Shown: positions 1 through 21,260 of the stretch, piece after piece
Layout: each line of letters begins with the position of its first letter
Position numbering within the stretch: the first letter of the stretch is position 1
From: an uncultured Alphaproteobacteria bacterium
Lineage (GTDB): Bacteria > Pseudomonadota > Alphaproteobacteria > Rhizobiales > Beijerinckiaceae
DNA length: 64,000 nt
Direction: 5' to 3'
NCBI GenBank assembly: GCA_963741845.1
Contig: CAVUJV010000006.1
Location: forward strand, 73,055 to 137,054
The notes under the pieces: generated by a model
What the model saw: the letters and a program-made list of their open reading frames with translations, nothing else
What the model was told of the DNA's origin: nothing
Databases searched by the model: none
Position numbers and translations under genes: made by a program

Positions 1-447
1 TCCTGCTCCAATGGCAGCGGGAGATCCAGGTCGGCGCGAGCGTGCTCGTCATCGGCTTCGGCGTGGCGCTCCTGATCTCCAGACGCCACCCGCGGCAGCT
101 CTCACGGATCCCGCCGTCGCGGCTGGCGCTCTGGTCTTTCGCCGTCGCCATCGCGCACGGCGCGGGCCTGATGCTTGTGCCGATCTACCTCGGACTTTGT
201 GAGGCGGGCGACACGGGGCCATCAGGCCGCAAAGGCCCTGATCACCGACAATCTGGGCATGGCGCTGGCCGTCTCGGCCGTGCACGCCGCCGCGATGGTG
301 ACGTCCGGCGGGCTCCTGGCCTGGCTGGTCTTCCGCTATCTGGGGCTCAAGTTCGTGTCGCGGAGCTGGTTCAACCTCGACGCGATCTGGGCTTCGAGCC
401 TCATTCTGATAGGCGCGCTATCCCTGGGCCTCGAAGCCGCGAGCTAG
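1..447 (+). CDS. Conserved hypothetical membrane protein, 5'-truncated by the window, one frameshift near 220
   Basis: Two ORF pieces join into one hydrophobic protein (LWSFAVAIAHGAGLMLVPIYLGLC ... HQAAKAL ... SRSWFNLDAIWASSLIL). Confidence 0.65.
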
Positions 448-466
448 GTCTGGGGAAGCGCGACCG

Positions 467-1306
467 CTATCTCCCCGCCAGCCGTTCGGCGAACAGCGCC
501 ACGGTCTTTGCGTAGATCGGCGCCGAGTTCCACTGCAGGATGGCGGAAAAATTCGGCTCGCCTTCGTTCCAGCCGGCGCCCGCCTGCCAGCCGTGGCTCT
601 TCAGGAAGTTGGCGGTCGTGGCGAGCGCGTCCGCCGAATCGTGGATCACGTCCGGCGTTCCGGCGCCGTCGGGCGTGGTGGCGAACATGAGCACCGCCGA
701 GGGCATGAGCTGCGTCTGGCCGATCTCGCCCGCCCAGGCGCCCCTGAGCTGCTTCGGGCTCGGCACGACGCCGCGATCCACCAGCATCAAAGCGTCGATG
801 AGTTCGGCGCGGAAGCGCTCGGGGCGGCGGCAGTCCCAGGCGAGGGTCGCGAGCGCGCGGAAGGTCGGAAACGAGCCGTTGTCGGCGCCATAGTCCGTCT
901 CCAGTCCCCAGATCGCGACCAGCACCGGCCCGGGGACGCCGAACCGGTCCTCGATCGTCTTGAGCGGCCCGGCGTATTTGCGGAGCATGGCCTTGCCGCG
1001 GGCGACCCGGCCCGGCGTGATGTGGCTCGCTGCGAAGCCCGCGAAATTGTGCCCGAACGAGGCGACGCCGTGATCGTGCGACTTGACCGAGGCGTCATAG
1101 GAAAGGCCGCCGAGCGCCGCCTCGATGGCGGGCTGAGACACGCCGTCGAACGCCGCCACCTGCCGGAAGGAGCGGAGCCAATCCTCGAAGCCTTCGGCGC
1201 CCTTGCCGCAGTCGAGGGCGCGGGCCGGCGACAGGCCGAGCGCGGCTCCGGCTGCGGCGACGGCGATGCAAACCTTCAACGTTCGTCTTCGCATCGGCGA
1301 TGTCAT
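467..1306 (-). CDS. Lytic murein transglycosylase (MltB/SLT_2 family), secreted
   Basis: Signal peptide, IWGLETDYG catalytic Glu motif, GAWAGEIGQTQLMPS, WN..YA motif. Confidence 0.9.
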   Translation of the reverse strand: MTSPMRRRTLKVCIAVAAAGAALGLSPARALDCGKGAEGFEDWLRSFRQVAAFDGVSQPAIEAALGGLSYDASVKSHDHGVASFGHNFAGFAASHITPGRVARGKAMLRKYAGPLKTIEDRFGVPGPVLVAIWGLETDYGADNGSFPTFRALATLAWDCRRPERFRAELIDALMLVDRGVVPSPKQLRGAWAGEIGQTQLMPSAVLMFATTPDGAGTPDVIHDSADALATTANFLKSHGWQAGAGWNEGEPNFSAILQWNSAPIYAKTVALFAERLAGR

Positions 1307-1444
1307 CTCGGGTTCGGGGACCTTGGGCGCGACGCCAAAACCCTATCAGGCCGCCGCGCGTCGAGGGAAATCGGCCTCGACGACGCCATTCGAAGGGCGT
1401 CAGGCGGGTGTCCTTCCGCGGCAAAGCGTCTTAAGAGGACGCCC

Positions 1445-3250
1445 ATGACCGAGCCCGCCGTCAGCAGCGGTTCCTTTCGCGCGCTTCTTCCTCTCGCCCG
1501 CTACGGCCTGAAGTATCGGGGCAGGGCGCTCGCCGCGCTGCTGGCGCTCACTGTTTCCTCCGCCGCGACGCTCGCCGTGCCCTTTGCGCTGCGCCGGATG
1601 ATCGACTTCGGCTTCTCCAGCGACCGGCACAACGTCATCGACGCGTATTTCCTGGCGGTCGGCGGCCTCGTGATCGTGATCGCGCTCGCCGCCGCCGCCC
1701 GGCTCTATCTCGTGACGGCTCTCGGCGAGCGGGTGGTGGCCGACCTGCGTCGCGACGTCTTCGCCCATCTCATCGGCCTCGACGCCTCCTTCTACGACGG
1801 CGCCCGGACGGGCGAACTCGTCTCGCGCCTCACCGCCGACACGACGCAGATCAAGGCGGCCTTCGGCTCCACCGTGTCGATCGCGCTGCGCAATCTCTTC
1901 ATGCTCATCGGCTCGATTACGCTCATGGTCTATACGAGCCCGAAGCTTTCGGCGCTCGTCCTCGTCGCCATTCCTGTCATCGCGGCGCCGCTGATTCTGT
2001 CCGGCCGGGTCGTGCGCCGCCGCTCGCGGCATGCGCAGGACACGCTGGCGAGCGCGACGGCAGTCGCGGTGGAAAGCCTCGGCGCCGTGCGCGTCGCGCA
2101 GGCCTTCGGCGCCGAGCGCCGGCAGATTTCGCGGTTCGCCGTCGCCGTCGAGGGCGCCTACGAGGCGGCGCGCGCCGCCGCGGCGACGCGCGGCTGGCTG
2201 GTCGCTGTCGCGGTGTCGCTCTCCTTCTGCAGCATCGTCTTCGTGCTGTGGCTCGGGGCGCATGATGTGCTCTCGGGCCGGATGACCGCGGGGCTTCTCT
2301 CGCAATTTGTGCTCTTCGCAATTCTGGCCGCGACCTCGCTCGGCGAACTGTCGCAGGTCTGGAGCGAGGCCGCCGCCGCGGCCGGCGCGGCCGGGCGGAT
2401 ATCGGAGCTGCTTGCCGTCGAGCCGCGGATCGTCGCCCCCCTAACGCCCGCGCCGATGCCCGAGCCGCCCGTCGGCGCGCTCGTTTTCGAGCACGTGCGC
2501 TTCGCCTATCCGGGCGCGCCCGAGACGCTGGTGATCGACGACCTGAGCTTTTCGATCGCGCCGGGCGAGCGGGTGGCGCTGGTCGGCGAATCCGGCGCCG
2601 GCAAATCGACGGTGTTCCAGCTCATCATGCGCTTTTACGATTGCGACGTGGGCCGAGTGCGGGTCGATGGGGTGGACGTGAAGACCGCCGAGCCGAAAGC
2701 GCTTCGCGCCCGGGTGGCGCTCGTGCCGCAAGACGTGTCGATCTTCGGCGGCACGGTTTCCGAAAACATCGCCTATGGCCGCGAGGGCGCGAGCGAAAAC
2801 GAGATCGAGGCTGCGGCACGACGCGCGGTCGCGGATGGCTTCGTCCGCGAGCTCGACCGCGGCTACGCGACCGAAATCGGCGAGCGGGGCGCGACTCTTT
2901 CGGGCGGACAGCGGCAGCGCCTCGCCATCGCGCGCGCGATCCTCAAGGACGCGCCGATCCTGCTGCTTGACGAAGCGACCTCGGCGCTCGATGCGCAGGC
3001 CGAGGCTCAGGTTCAGGCAGCGCTTGCGGAAGTCTCCGCCGGCCGCACAACGCTCGTCATCGCCCATCGCCTCGCGACCGTCATCCAGGCGGACCGCATT
3101 CTGGTCATGGAGGCAGGCCGAATCGTCGAGGAGGGCGACCACGCGACGCTGGTCGCCAGGGGCGGCGTCTACGCCAGGCTTGCGAAGCTCCAGTTCGAGT
3201 CGCCCGCTGCGACGGCGGGCGAGACGGTCGCCGCCGGGCAGCCGGCGTGA
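1445..3250 (+). CDS. ABC exporter, fused TMD-NBD (MsbA-like)
   Basis: Six TM segments, Walker A GESGAGKS, LSGGQ signature, LLLDEATSALD. ATG at 1445 follows the RBS GAGGA; the 593 start in the ORF track is an overextension. Confidence 0.92.
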   Translation: MTEPAVSSGSFRALLPLARYGLKYRGRALAALLALTVSSAATLAVPFALRRMIDFGFSSDRHNVIDAYFLAVGGLVIVIALAAAARLYLVTALGERVVADLRRDVFAHLIGLDASFYDGARTGELVSRLTADTTQIKAAFGSTVSIALRNLFMLIGSITLMVYTSPKLSALVLVAIPVIAAPLILSGRVVRRRSRHAQDTLASATAVAVESLGAVRVAQAFGAERRQISRFAVAVEGAYEAARAAAATRGWLVAVAVSLSFCSIVFVLWLGAHDVLSGRMTAGLLSQFVLFAILAATSLGELSQVWSEAAAAAGAAGRISELLAVEPRIVAPLTPAPMPEPPVGALVFEHVRFAYPGAPETLVIDDLSFSIAPGERVALVGESGAGKSTVFQLIMRFYDCDVGRVRVDGVDVKTAEPKALRARVALVPQDVSIFGGTVSENIAYGREGASENEIEAAARRAVADGFVRELDRGYATEIGERGATLSGGQRQRLAIARAILKDAPILLLDEATSALDAQAEAQVQAALAEVSAGRTTLVIAHRLATVIQADRILVMEAGRIVEEGDHATLVARGGVYARLAKLQFESPAATAGETVAAGQPA

Positions 3251-3402
3251 GTCCGCTCGATTTCATAGGCAAGCGAAATATCTGACCCCAAGGGGGCGTC
3301 TCACCTCCCACGCGGCTCCTCGGCCGCGGCCTTGACGGGCGGCGATGCGATCGATGACATCCGCGCCCATCTTCGGAATGCAGGGCTCGGAGGGAACGCG
3401 GG

Positions 3403-4179
3403 TTGAAACACACGATCGAAAAGCTCTTCTCGCTCGAGGGGACGGTGGCGCTCGTCACGGGCTCGTCGGCGGGGATTGGTCTGGCGCTGGCGCGAGGCTT
3501 GGCCGAGGCAGGCGCCGTGGTCGTGGTCAACGGCCGGGACGCCGGCAAGGTCGATGCTGTCGTCGCGGCGCTGCGCAGCGAGGAGCTTGCGGCTCATCCC
3601 GCCGTCTTCGACGTGACAGAGCCGCAGGCCGTCGCGGATGGCGTCGCGCAGATCGAGGACAGGGTCGGGCCGATCGGCGTTCTCGTCAACAACGCCGGCA
3701 TCCAGCGGCGCGCGCCGCTCGAGGATTTTCCGCCGGAGACCTGGCGCGAATTGATGCGGACCAATCTCGACAGCGTTTTCTATGTCGGACAGGCGGTCGC
3801 GAAGCGCATGATCCCCCGCAGGAAGGGCCAGATCATCAACGTCGCTTCGGTGCAGAGCGAGCTCGCGCGGACCAATATCGCGCCCTACACCGCTTCCAAG
3901 GGCGCGGTGAAGATGCTGACCAAAGGCATGGCGACCGACTGGGGCAAATACGGCTTGCGCGCCAATGCGCTTGCGCCTGGCTATTTCCGGACGGAGCTCA
4001 ACAAGGCGCTGGTCGAGGACGAGGCGTTCACCGCGTGGCTCTCGGCGCGCACCCCGATGGGTCGCTGGGGTGATGTGAAGGAGCTGGTCGGCGCCGCGAT
4101 CTTCCTGGCGTCGGACGCGTCGAGCTTCGTCAACGGCCACGTCCTCTACGTGGACGGCGGGATCACCGCCTGCCTGTGA
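3403..4179 (+). CDS. idnO: Gluconate 5-dehydrogenase-like SDR
   Basis: TGSSAGIG, NNAGIQRRAPLEDF, SVQSELAR, YTASK, APGYFRTELN motifs. Confidence 0.85.
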   Translation: MKHTIEKLFSLEGTVALVTGSSAGIGLALARGLAEAGAVVVVNGRDAGKVDAVVAALRSEELAAHPAVFDVTEPQAVADGVAQIEDRVGPIGVLVNNAGIQRRAPLEDFPPETWRELMRTNLDSVFYVGQAVAKRMIPRRKGQIINVASVQSELARTNIAPYTASKGAVKMLTKGMATDWGKYGLRANALAPGYFRTELNKALVEDEAFTAWLSARTPMGRWGDVKELVGAAIFLASDASSFVNGHVLYVDGGITACL

Positions 4180-4415
4180 AGGGGTGGATATCAACAACGG
4201 CGGAATCCTTGCTCTGCGCCGAAGCGCTGAATTTCCCTCGTCTTTTCGGGCTTCCATGAGGGGCTGCGGGGAAAGCTGCTTCGGATCGCGGGAATTTTGA
4301 TGCAGAAAAGTCACACTTGCCACAATTTAGCCAAATGCCCCGAAATCGGGCGCCAATGTGGCCCACGCAGTTGTAAAGATAAATTCAATAAGCTTGGCGC
4401 AGGGGGATTCGGACG

Positions 4416-5036
4416 TTGCGGAAAGCGAGCGTCGTTCTTGCGGCTCTGACGCTGGCGTTCGTCTCGCAGGCGGCCGCCCAGGGCGCTGCGGACGCCAAGA
4501 AAAAGCCTGCGGACGCCGCGACGCAGGACACTTCCGAGGCCAAGAAAAAGCCTGCCGGTCCCGCCGCCTCCGCCGCTTCGACAGGCCCTGATACGACCAC
4601 CGAAACTTTTGGCGACTGGTCGATTATTTGCGCGGCCCAGGCCGGCGGCGATCGTTCTTGCGAAGTCAGCACGGCGATCATGCTTCGCAACCAGACGGCG
4701 CCCTTTGCGCGACTCGCGGTCCTTCGCGCTGCGAAGGACAAGCCGGCGCGGCTGGTGGCTCTGGTGCCGGTCAACGTATCGGTTCAGGCGCCGGTCAGGA
4801 TCACGCTCGATCCGGGAAAGTCCGAGTTGAGCCTGCCGCTGCGCTCCTGTGTGCCGGGCGGCTGTTTGGCCGATCTCGAGCTCGGCAAGGATCAACTGCA
4901 GACGCTCAAGTCGCCGGCCAAGGCGCCGGCCCAGCTCATTCTCGTGGATGCGGCGGGCAAGCCAGCATCGGTGACCTTCTCGCTGCGCGGCCTCGACACC
5001 GCGCTGGATTCCTACTTCAAGCAACAAGACAGATGA
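4416..5036 (+). CDS. ialB: Invasion associated locus B (IalB) family periplasmic protein
   Basis: Signal peptide, FGDWSIIC..C, C-VPGG-C and SLRGLDTAL motifs. Confidence 0.85.
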   Translation: MRKASVVLAALTLAFVSQAAAQGAADAKKKPADAATQDTSEAKKKPAGPAASAASTGPDTTTETFGDWSIICAAQAGGDRSCEVSTAIMLRNQTAPFARLAVLRAAKDKPARLVALVPVNVSVQAPVRITLDPGKSELSLPLRSCVPGGCLADLELGKDQLQTLKSPAKAPAQLILVDAAGKPASVTFSLRGLDTALDSYFKQQDR

Positions 5037-5105
5037 GTTTTTTCGCGTAGCCAACACGTCCATTGACGGACAAGCGTCAGATCAACAGCCTCGGAGGGGA
5101 ATACT

Positions 5106-16045
<10,940 letters not shown>

Positions 16046-16127
16046 CGTTGGCGCGGCGTCCGTCGCGTCCTGTTCGTCGGCAATCGGCGTCCTGGCGATC
16101 GACGCTGATTGCCCGACCCTGCTCGGA

Positions 16128-16643
16128 CTACCGGGACGTTCGCGTCGCCTCGTAGAGGAACCAGATGCGCCGTTCCGTCTCGTCGATCCAGTTCTCGATC
16201 AGGCTGGTCGTCGCGACGTCGCCGTACTCGTCGCAGACGTTATGCATTTCGCGAAGTTCCTTCAGCGCCTGGCGGTTATCCTCGCGAAGCTCCGACAGCA
16301 TGTCCTCCGGCGTGACATAGTCGGCGTCATTGTCGGCGATGCGCTGAAGCCGGGCGATGTGGCCGATCGAGCGCAGCGTACTGCCGCCGATCTTGCGCGC
16401 GCGCTCGGCGATCACGTCCGTCGTGGCGAAGATCTGGTCCGCGTGTTCGTCGAGCAGAAGGTGATAATCGCGGAAGTGCGGACCCGACATGTGCCAGTGA
16501 AAATTCTTCGTCTTGAGATAGAGAGCGAACATGTCGGCGAGAAGCGCGGTCAAGCCGGCCGATATGTCACGCACTGCGTCGCTGGAGAGGTCCGTCGGGG
16601 TCGCAAGATCGGCTGAACGGATCTTCTTGGCTCGTGAATCCAT
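16128..16643 (-). CDS. dps: Dps DNA starvation/stationary-phase protection protein
   Basis: LYLKTKNFHWHMSGPHFRDYHLLLDE and D.IAER ferroxidase motifs. Confidence 0.95.
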   Translation of the reverse strand: MDSRAKKIRSADLATPTDLSSDAVRDISAGLTALLADMFALYLKTKNFHWHMSGPHFRDYHLLLDEHADQIFATTDVIAERARKIGGSTLRSIGHIARLQRIADNDADYVTPEDMLSELREDNRQALKELREMHNVCDEYGDVATTSLIENWIDETERRIWFLYEATRTSR

Positions 16644-16860
16644 CGGATGCGTCCTTCTCGGATCGGCGATCCGCCGGGCGTCGCCGCAAATGGCGGGGCG
16701 GCGCTCGCGATGGCTCGCTCATGGCCTTCCTAGCGTGGACCGGCCAATCCGTCGAGACCGGCGCCCGGTCGGGAGGCGATCCGCCGCGCTGCCGGAAGGG
16801 CGCGCGCCCGTGCAGGCGGCGGAATAAGGGCTTCGGCGCCGAACTCTGGCGAAGCTCCCG

Positions 16861-17631
16861 TCAGCGCGCCAGCTCGATGCCCGATATGTCCGCGCAGATG
16901 GAGAGCAGCCTGTCCTGAAGGTCGGTGTTGCGGGCCTGCGGGTTCGACTGCCGCGGTTTCAGGTGGTAGAAATAGCCGCCCGACTTTTTGGCCGCCGGGT
17001 CGTCGCTCGTCGCGAGCCAGGCCTGCGTCAGATGCGCCTGAGTAATGTCGTCGGGTGCGCCGGCTCCGCCCATCTTGGTCGCGACCCAGCCGGGTTCGAG
17101 CGCGTTCGACAGGACGTCAGGCCAGAGGCGGGCGACGGCGAAGGCCAGAATCACATCGTGCAGCTTGCTTTCGGCATAAGCGGTCGAACCGTTCCAGGAC
17201 CGCTTTCGCCAGAGGATGTCGTCGAGATTGGCGTCGGCGTAATTGTGCATGCCCGAGCTCAGATAGACGAGCCGCTTCGGCCTCTCGATCAGCGCCGTCA
17301 GGAGATAGGGAGCGAGCGTGTTGATGGCGAAGACATGCGGCAGGCCGTCGCTCGTTGCGCGATTGCGCTCGTGATAGCCAACGGCGGCATTGTGAATCAC
17401 GGCGTCGAAACGGCCGAGTGCATTGACCTCATCGGCGACGCTCTTCGCGCCAGCGATCGTTTCGAGGTCTCCGACGACGACGGCCTCCGCTTTCGGCGCC
17501 GCGTGCTTCGTGTCTTCGGCGCGCGCGCCATTGCGGGCATGGAGGACGACCTTGTGCCCCTGTTCCGCGAGAAGGGCGCCGGCCATCAGGCCGAGGCCAT
17601 CGGACGAACCGGAAATGAAGATGCGCGCCAT
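16861..17631 (-). CDS. SDR family oxidoreductase
   Basis: SGSSDGLG, HNAAV, YAESK, PGWVATKMGG. Confidence 0.9.
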   Translation of the reverse strand: MARIFISGSSDGLGLMAGALLAEQGHKVVLHARNGARAEDTKHAAPKAEAVVVGDLETIAGAKSVADEVNALGRFDAVIHNAAVGYHERNRATSDGLPHVFAINTLAPYLLTALIERPKRLVYLSSGMHNYADANLDDILWRKRSWNGSTAYAESKLHDVILAFAVARLWPDVLSNALEPGWVATKMGGAGAPDDITQAHLTQAWLATSDDPAAKKSGGYFYHLKPRQSNPQARNTDLQDRLLSICADISGIELAR

Positions 17632-17840
17632 GGGAAGTCTCCCTGTGGAAAAATTTAATATGTAGCGAAGAAACCCGAAACTGCACCGGCGCCGGGCGTT
17701 TTCTATACGCCGCGCGCCGCGTATTCCCCAAAGAGCCGCCCGCCCGGCGAGCGAGCGGGGCGGGACGGGGCCATCCCTTCCGTTGGACCGCCGGGAGGGC
17801 TAGGACTGAATCCGAGAACGACCCTTCCCGGAGCGCGTCC

Positions 17841-19094
17841 ATGACAGAGCATCCCCGCAATTTTCCCGTCGTCGACCCGGCGAAGCTCGACAGGCTCGCC
17901 GAAGCCGCGGTGAAGGTCGGCCTGCGCCTGGAGAAGGGGCAGGACCTGTTCCTCACGGCGCCGATCGCTGCGCTGCCCCTCGTGCGCCGCATCGCCGCCG
18001 CGGCCTACAAGGCCGGCGCAGGGCTCGTGACGCCGATCCTTTCGGACGAGGAAATGACCCTGTCCCGCTTCCGCCTCGCCAATGACGAGAGCTTCGACAA
18101 GGCGCCGGGGTGGCTCTACGAGGGCGTCGCCAAGGCCTTTTCCGCCAATACGGCGAGGCTCGCGATCGTCGGGGAGGACCCGATGCTGCTCGCGGGCGAA
18201 GACCCCGCGAAGGTCGGACGCGCCAACCGCGCCAATTCCATCGCCTATCAGCCGGCGCTCGAAAAGATCGCGGGCTTCGACATCAACTGGAACATCGTCG
18301 CCTATCCGACCCTCTCATGGGCGAAGCGCGTCTTCGCCGGAGACGAGGACGAGGTCGCGGTGGCGAAGCTCGCGGAGGCGATCTTCTCCGCCTCGCGCGT
18401 CGACAGCGACGATCCCGTTACGGCCTGGGCCGGGCACAACGCCGCGCTGGCGCGCCGCTCCGCCTGGCTCAACGAAAGGCGGTTTTTTGCCCTCCACTAT
18501 TACGGGCCGGGCACGGATCTGACGATCGGGCTTGCCGAGGGCCACGAATGGCACGGCGGCGCCTCGACGGCGAAGAACGGAATCACCTGCAATCCCAACA
18601 TCCCGACCGAGGAAGTCTTCACCACGCCCCACGCGCGCAATGTCGAAGGCACGGTCAGGAGCACGAAGCCGCTCTCCTATCAGGGCACGCTCATCGACAA
18701 TATCGCCGTGCGCTTCGAGGCCGGCCGCATCGTCGAGGCGCATGCGTCGCGCGGCGAGGACGTGCTGAAGAAAGTCCTCGACACGGACGACGGCGCGCGC
18801 CGGCTTGGCGAAGTGGCGCTCGTGCCCCATTCCTCGCCGATCTCGAAGAGCGGCATCCTTTTCTACAACACGCTCTTCGACGAGAACGCGTCGTGCCACA
18901 TCGCGCTCGGCCAGTGCTACGCCAAGTGCTTCCTCGATGGGGCGAATCTCAGCCCCGAGGAGATCGCGGCCAAGGGCGGAAACAAGAGCCTCATCCACAT
19001 CGACTGGATGATCGGCTCGGACGAGATCGACATCGACGGTCTCGATGAAGCAGGCGCCCGAACGCCGGTGTTCCGCAAGGGCGAGTGGGCGTAA
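17841..19094 (+). CDS. Aminopeptidase, family M29 (AmpT/PepS)
   Basis: PNIPTEEVFT, LGEVALV, FDENASCHIALG, HIDWMIG. Confidence 0.95.
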   Translation: MTEHPRNFPVVDPAKLDRLAEAAVKVGLRLEKGQDLFLTAPIAALPLVRRIAAAAYKAGAGLVTPILSDEEMTLSRFRLANDESFDKAPGWLYEGVAKAFSANTARLAIVGEDPMLLAGEDPAKVGRANRANSIAYQPALEKIAGFDINWNIVAYPTLSWAKRVFAGDEDEVAVAKLAEAIFSASRVDSDDPVTAWAGHNAALARRSAWLNERRFFALHYYGPGTDLTIGLAEGHEWHGGASTAKNGITCNPNIPTEEVFTTPHARNVEGTVRSTKPLSYQGTLIDNIAVRFEAGRIVEAHASRGEDVLKKVLDTDDGARRLGEVALVPHSSPISKSGILFYNTLFDENASCHIALGQCYAKCFLDGANLSPEEIAAKGGNKSLIHIDWMIGSDEIDIDGLDEAGARTPVFRKGEWA

Positions 19095-19113
19095 CGGCGC
19101 CTGCCGGGTCGGT

Positions 19114-19486
19114 TTACGCCTCCGCTGGCGCGAATACGCGCAGGCGATGGCCGTCGGGATCGAGCGGCGGTGAAGGTCGAGCCGAAATCCATCCGCGTCG
19201 GCGGCTGGAGGATGTTCAGGCCGCGCGCTTTCCAGTCCGCGTGGGTCGCCTCGACAGCGGCCGAGTTGGCGACGGTGAAGGCGATTTCGGAGGCTCCCGC
19301 GCCGCCTGCGCTTGCAGGCTCGACCTTTTGGCGCGCCCACAGGCCCAGCATCACGCCCTCGCGCAATGGCAGCATCGCGAACGTCTCGGACGGTTCGAGA
19401 ATGGGGGCTTTGAGCAGATCGGCATAGAAGGCGGCGCTGGCGGCGGGGCTGTCGACATGCAGCAGCAGAAAGCTGAATTCGGGCAT
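19114..19486 (-). CDS. VOC/glyoxalase family protein (EhpR-like), one frameshift near 19166
   Basis: LLLHVDSPAASAAFY, LGLW, SEIAF, MDFG. Removing one base restores the family end FTALDPDGHRLRVF. Confidence 0.85.
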
Positions 19487-19548
19487 CGGTCTCTCCATTG
19501 CGGCCGCGCGGCGATTCCGGCGACGGCGAAGGCGAGCCTAATGCAGCC

Positions 19549-19569
19549 TGCTGTCAGTTCCTGTCAGCA
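19549..19569. promoter_or_regulatory. Candidate operator for the WYL regulator, upstream of the VOC gene
   Basis: GCTGTCA-N5-TGTCAGC imperfect palindrome; a related site lies at 20276-20296. Confidence 0.5.
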
Positions 19570-19578
19570 TGATTTCAC

Positions 19579-20265
19579 TCACTTCCCGATGCTTTCCTGC
19601 GCCTTCCATTCCTTGAGCAGCGCTGCCCGCCGGCGCGGGTAGCGCTGGACGGTGGTCGCAAGCTCCGCGATCCGGTCGGTGCGGAAATGGCGGTAGCCCT
19701 CTCGCAACTCGCACCATGCGACGACGACTCGTGCGCGGTCGAAGAAGGCGAGCGCGAAAGGCCAGACGGTCCGGCGCGTGAGGCTTCCCGCTTTGTCGGC
19801 GTAGGCGATGTCCATTTTGCGCTCGGCGCGGATTGCCGCGCGGATCGCGGCAAGCTCCGCATCGCCCGCCGCGATCGGCTCTCCGGGGCCGATCAGCAGG
19901 TTCGACGCGTCGAGCGTCTCCTTGAGGTCGTCGGGCAGCACGGCTGCGATCTTCGCAAGCGCATTGCCCGCGGCGCTTGCAAGCGCATCGTCCGCCCGCT
20001 CCGAAACCCAGCGCGAGCCGAGAACGAGCGCCTCGATCTCGTCTTCGCTGAACATGAGCGGCGGCAGCATGAAGCCGGGCCGCAGCACAAAGCCGAGGCC
20101 GGCCTCGCCGTCGATCCGCGCGCCCTGCGCCCTCAAGGCCTCGATGTCGCGGTAGAGCGTGCGCAGCGATACGCCAACCTCCTCCGCAAGCGCCGCGCCG
20201 CTCACGGGACGGCGATGACGCCGGAGACTCTGAATGAGATCGAGCAGGCGCTCCGCGCGGGACAT
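19579..20265 (-). CDS. YafY-family HTH-WYL transcriptional regulator
   Basis: N-terminal HTH_11 (VSLRTLYRDI), LPPLMFSEDE, WYL domain (RTVWP..L, AWCELR.GYRHFRTDRI). Confidence 0.93.
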   Translation of the reverse strand: MSRAERLLDLIQSLRRHRRPVSGAALAEEVGVSLRTLYRDIEALRAQGARIDGEAGLGFVLRPGFMLPPLMFSEDEIEALVLGSRWVSERADDALASAAGNALAKIAAVLPDDLKETLDASNLLIGPGEPIAAGDAELAAIRAAIRAERKMDIAYADKAGSLTRRTVWPFALAFFDRARVVVAWCELREGYRHFRTDRIAELATTVQRYPRRRAALLKEWKAQESIGK

Positions 20266-20275
20266 GGCGGGTCAG

Positions 20276-20296
20276 GCTGCCATCAAATGGCGGCAG
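20276..20296. promoter_or_regulatory. Second candidate WYL-regulator site just upstream of the regulator start
   Basis: GCTGCCA-N5-TGGCGGC, same architecture as the site at 19549. Confidence 0.45.
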
Positions 20297-20447
20297 GCGC
20301 CAATAGAGCGCCGAGTCCGCCGACCCTCGTCACATTTTCGTGATCCGCAAGGGCGGGCTCGACGTTCATCCGCGCCTCATCGCGGCGCGGCTGGACAGGT
20401 TCGGACCCGGCGCCGCATCATCACGCGGAGACGAGCGAGGCAAACGG

Positions 20448-21104
20448 ATGGCCGAGATGGGCATTGTGACGCCAGGGGCTGCAAATCTCGGCCTGTTCCT
20501 CAGCGCGGCGCTCATCTTTTTTGCGATCCCCGGCCCCGCCGTTCTTTACATCGTCGGGCGCTCGATCGCGCAGGGACGCCGGGCTGGCCTCGTGTCGGTC
20601 GCAGGCATCCACGCGGCTTCGCTGGTTCATATCTTTGCGGCGGTCGTCGGCCTCTCCGCGGCGCTCGCTTCGTCGGCGTTTGCCTTTGCCGCAGTCAAAT
20701 ACGCCGGCGCCGCCTATCTCATCGCGCTTGGGCTGCAGAAACTCTTCACGCGGACCCACGCAACGGCGCCGGTGCTGTTCGACCGTCGCGGTCACGCGCG
20801 TCTCTTTCGCGACGGGTTCATCGTGAACCTCCTGAACCCCAAGACGGCGCTTTTCTTTCTGGCCTTCCTGCCGCAATTCGTGGACTTGAGTCGCGGGCAC
20901 ATCGCGATGCAGATCGCAGTGCTCGGCGCTCTCTATGCGCTGCTTGGCCTCGTCTCCGACAGCATCTATGCGCTTGCCGCCGGCGCCGCGGGCGAATGGC
21001 TCAGGCGGAGTTCGGCATGGATCGCCGCCGAGCGCTATCTCAGCGGCCTTCTCATGATCGGGCTCGGCATGATGGCGGCCTTCGCGGGCGATCACCGCAA
21101 ATAG
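20448..21104 (+). CDS. LysE/RhtB family exporter
   Basis: IPGPAVLYIV, VKYAGAAYL, NLLNPKTALFFLAFLPQF. Start uncertain (20448 or 20457). Confidence 0.9.
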   Translation: MAEMGIVTPGAANLGLFLSAALIFFAIPGPAVLYIVGRSIAQGRRAGLVSVAGIHAASLVHIFAAVVGLSAALASSAFAFAAVKYAGAAYLIALGLQKLFTRTHATAPVLFDRRGHARLFRDGFIVNLLNPKTALFFLAFLPQFVDLSRGHIAMQIAVLGALYALLGLVSDSIYALAAGAAGEWLRRSSAWIAAERYLSGLLMIGLGMMAAFAGDHRK

Positions 21105-21260
21105 GACTGTTGCGCCGCGACACGCGACCGGCGCGAACGGGATGACTTGAACATGCGCCGCTGCTGTGCTTTCACAAGGCGCAACGTCTAGGGAGTCGCG
21201 CCGATCGGATAGTTGAGTGAGAGTGGGTCCATGCCCCCAAGCGCTTCGGAGTGAAGGTCT

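Noticed and set aside
4296-4315. FNR/FixK-like box upstream of ialB (TTTGATGCAGAAAAGTCACA)
   Set aside because: Half-site spacing does not fit TTGA-N6-TCAA or TGTGA-N6-TCACA.
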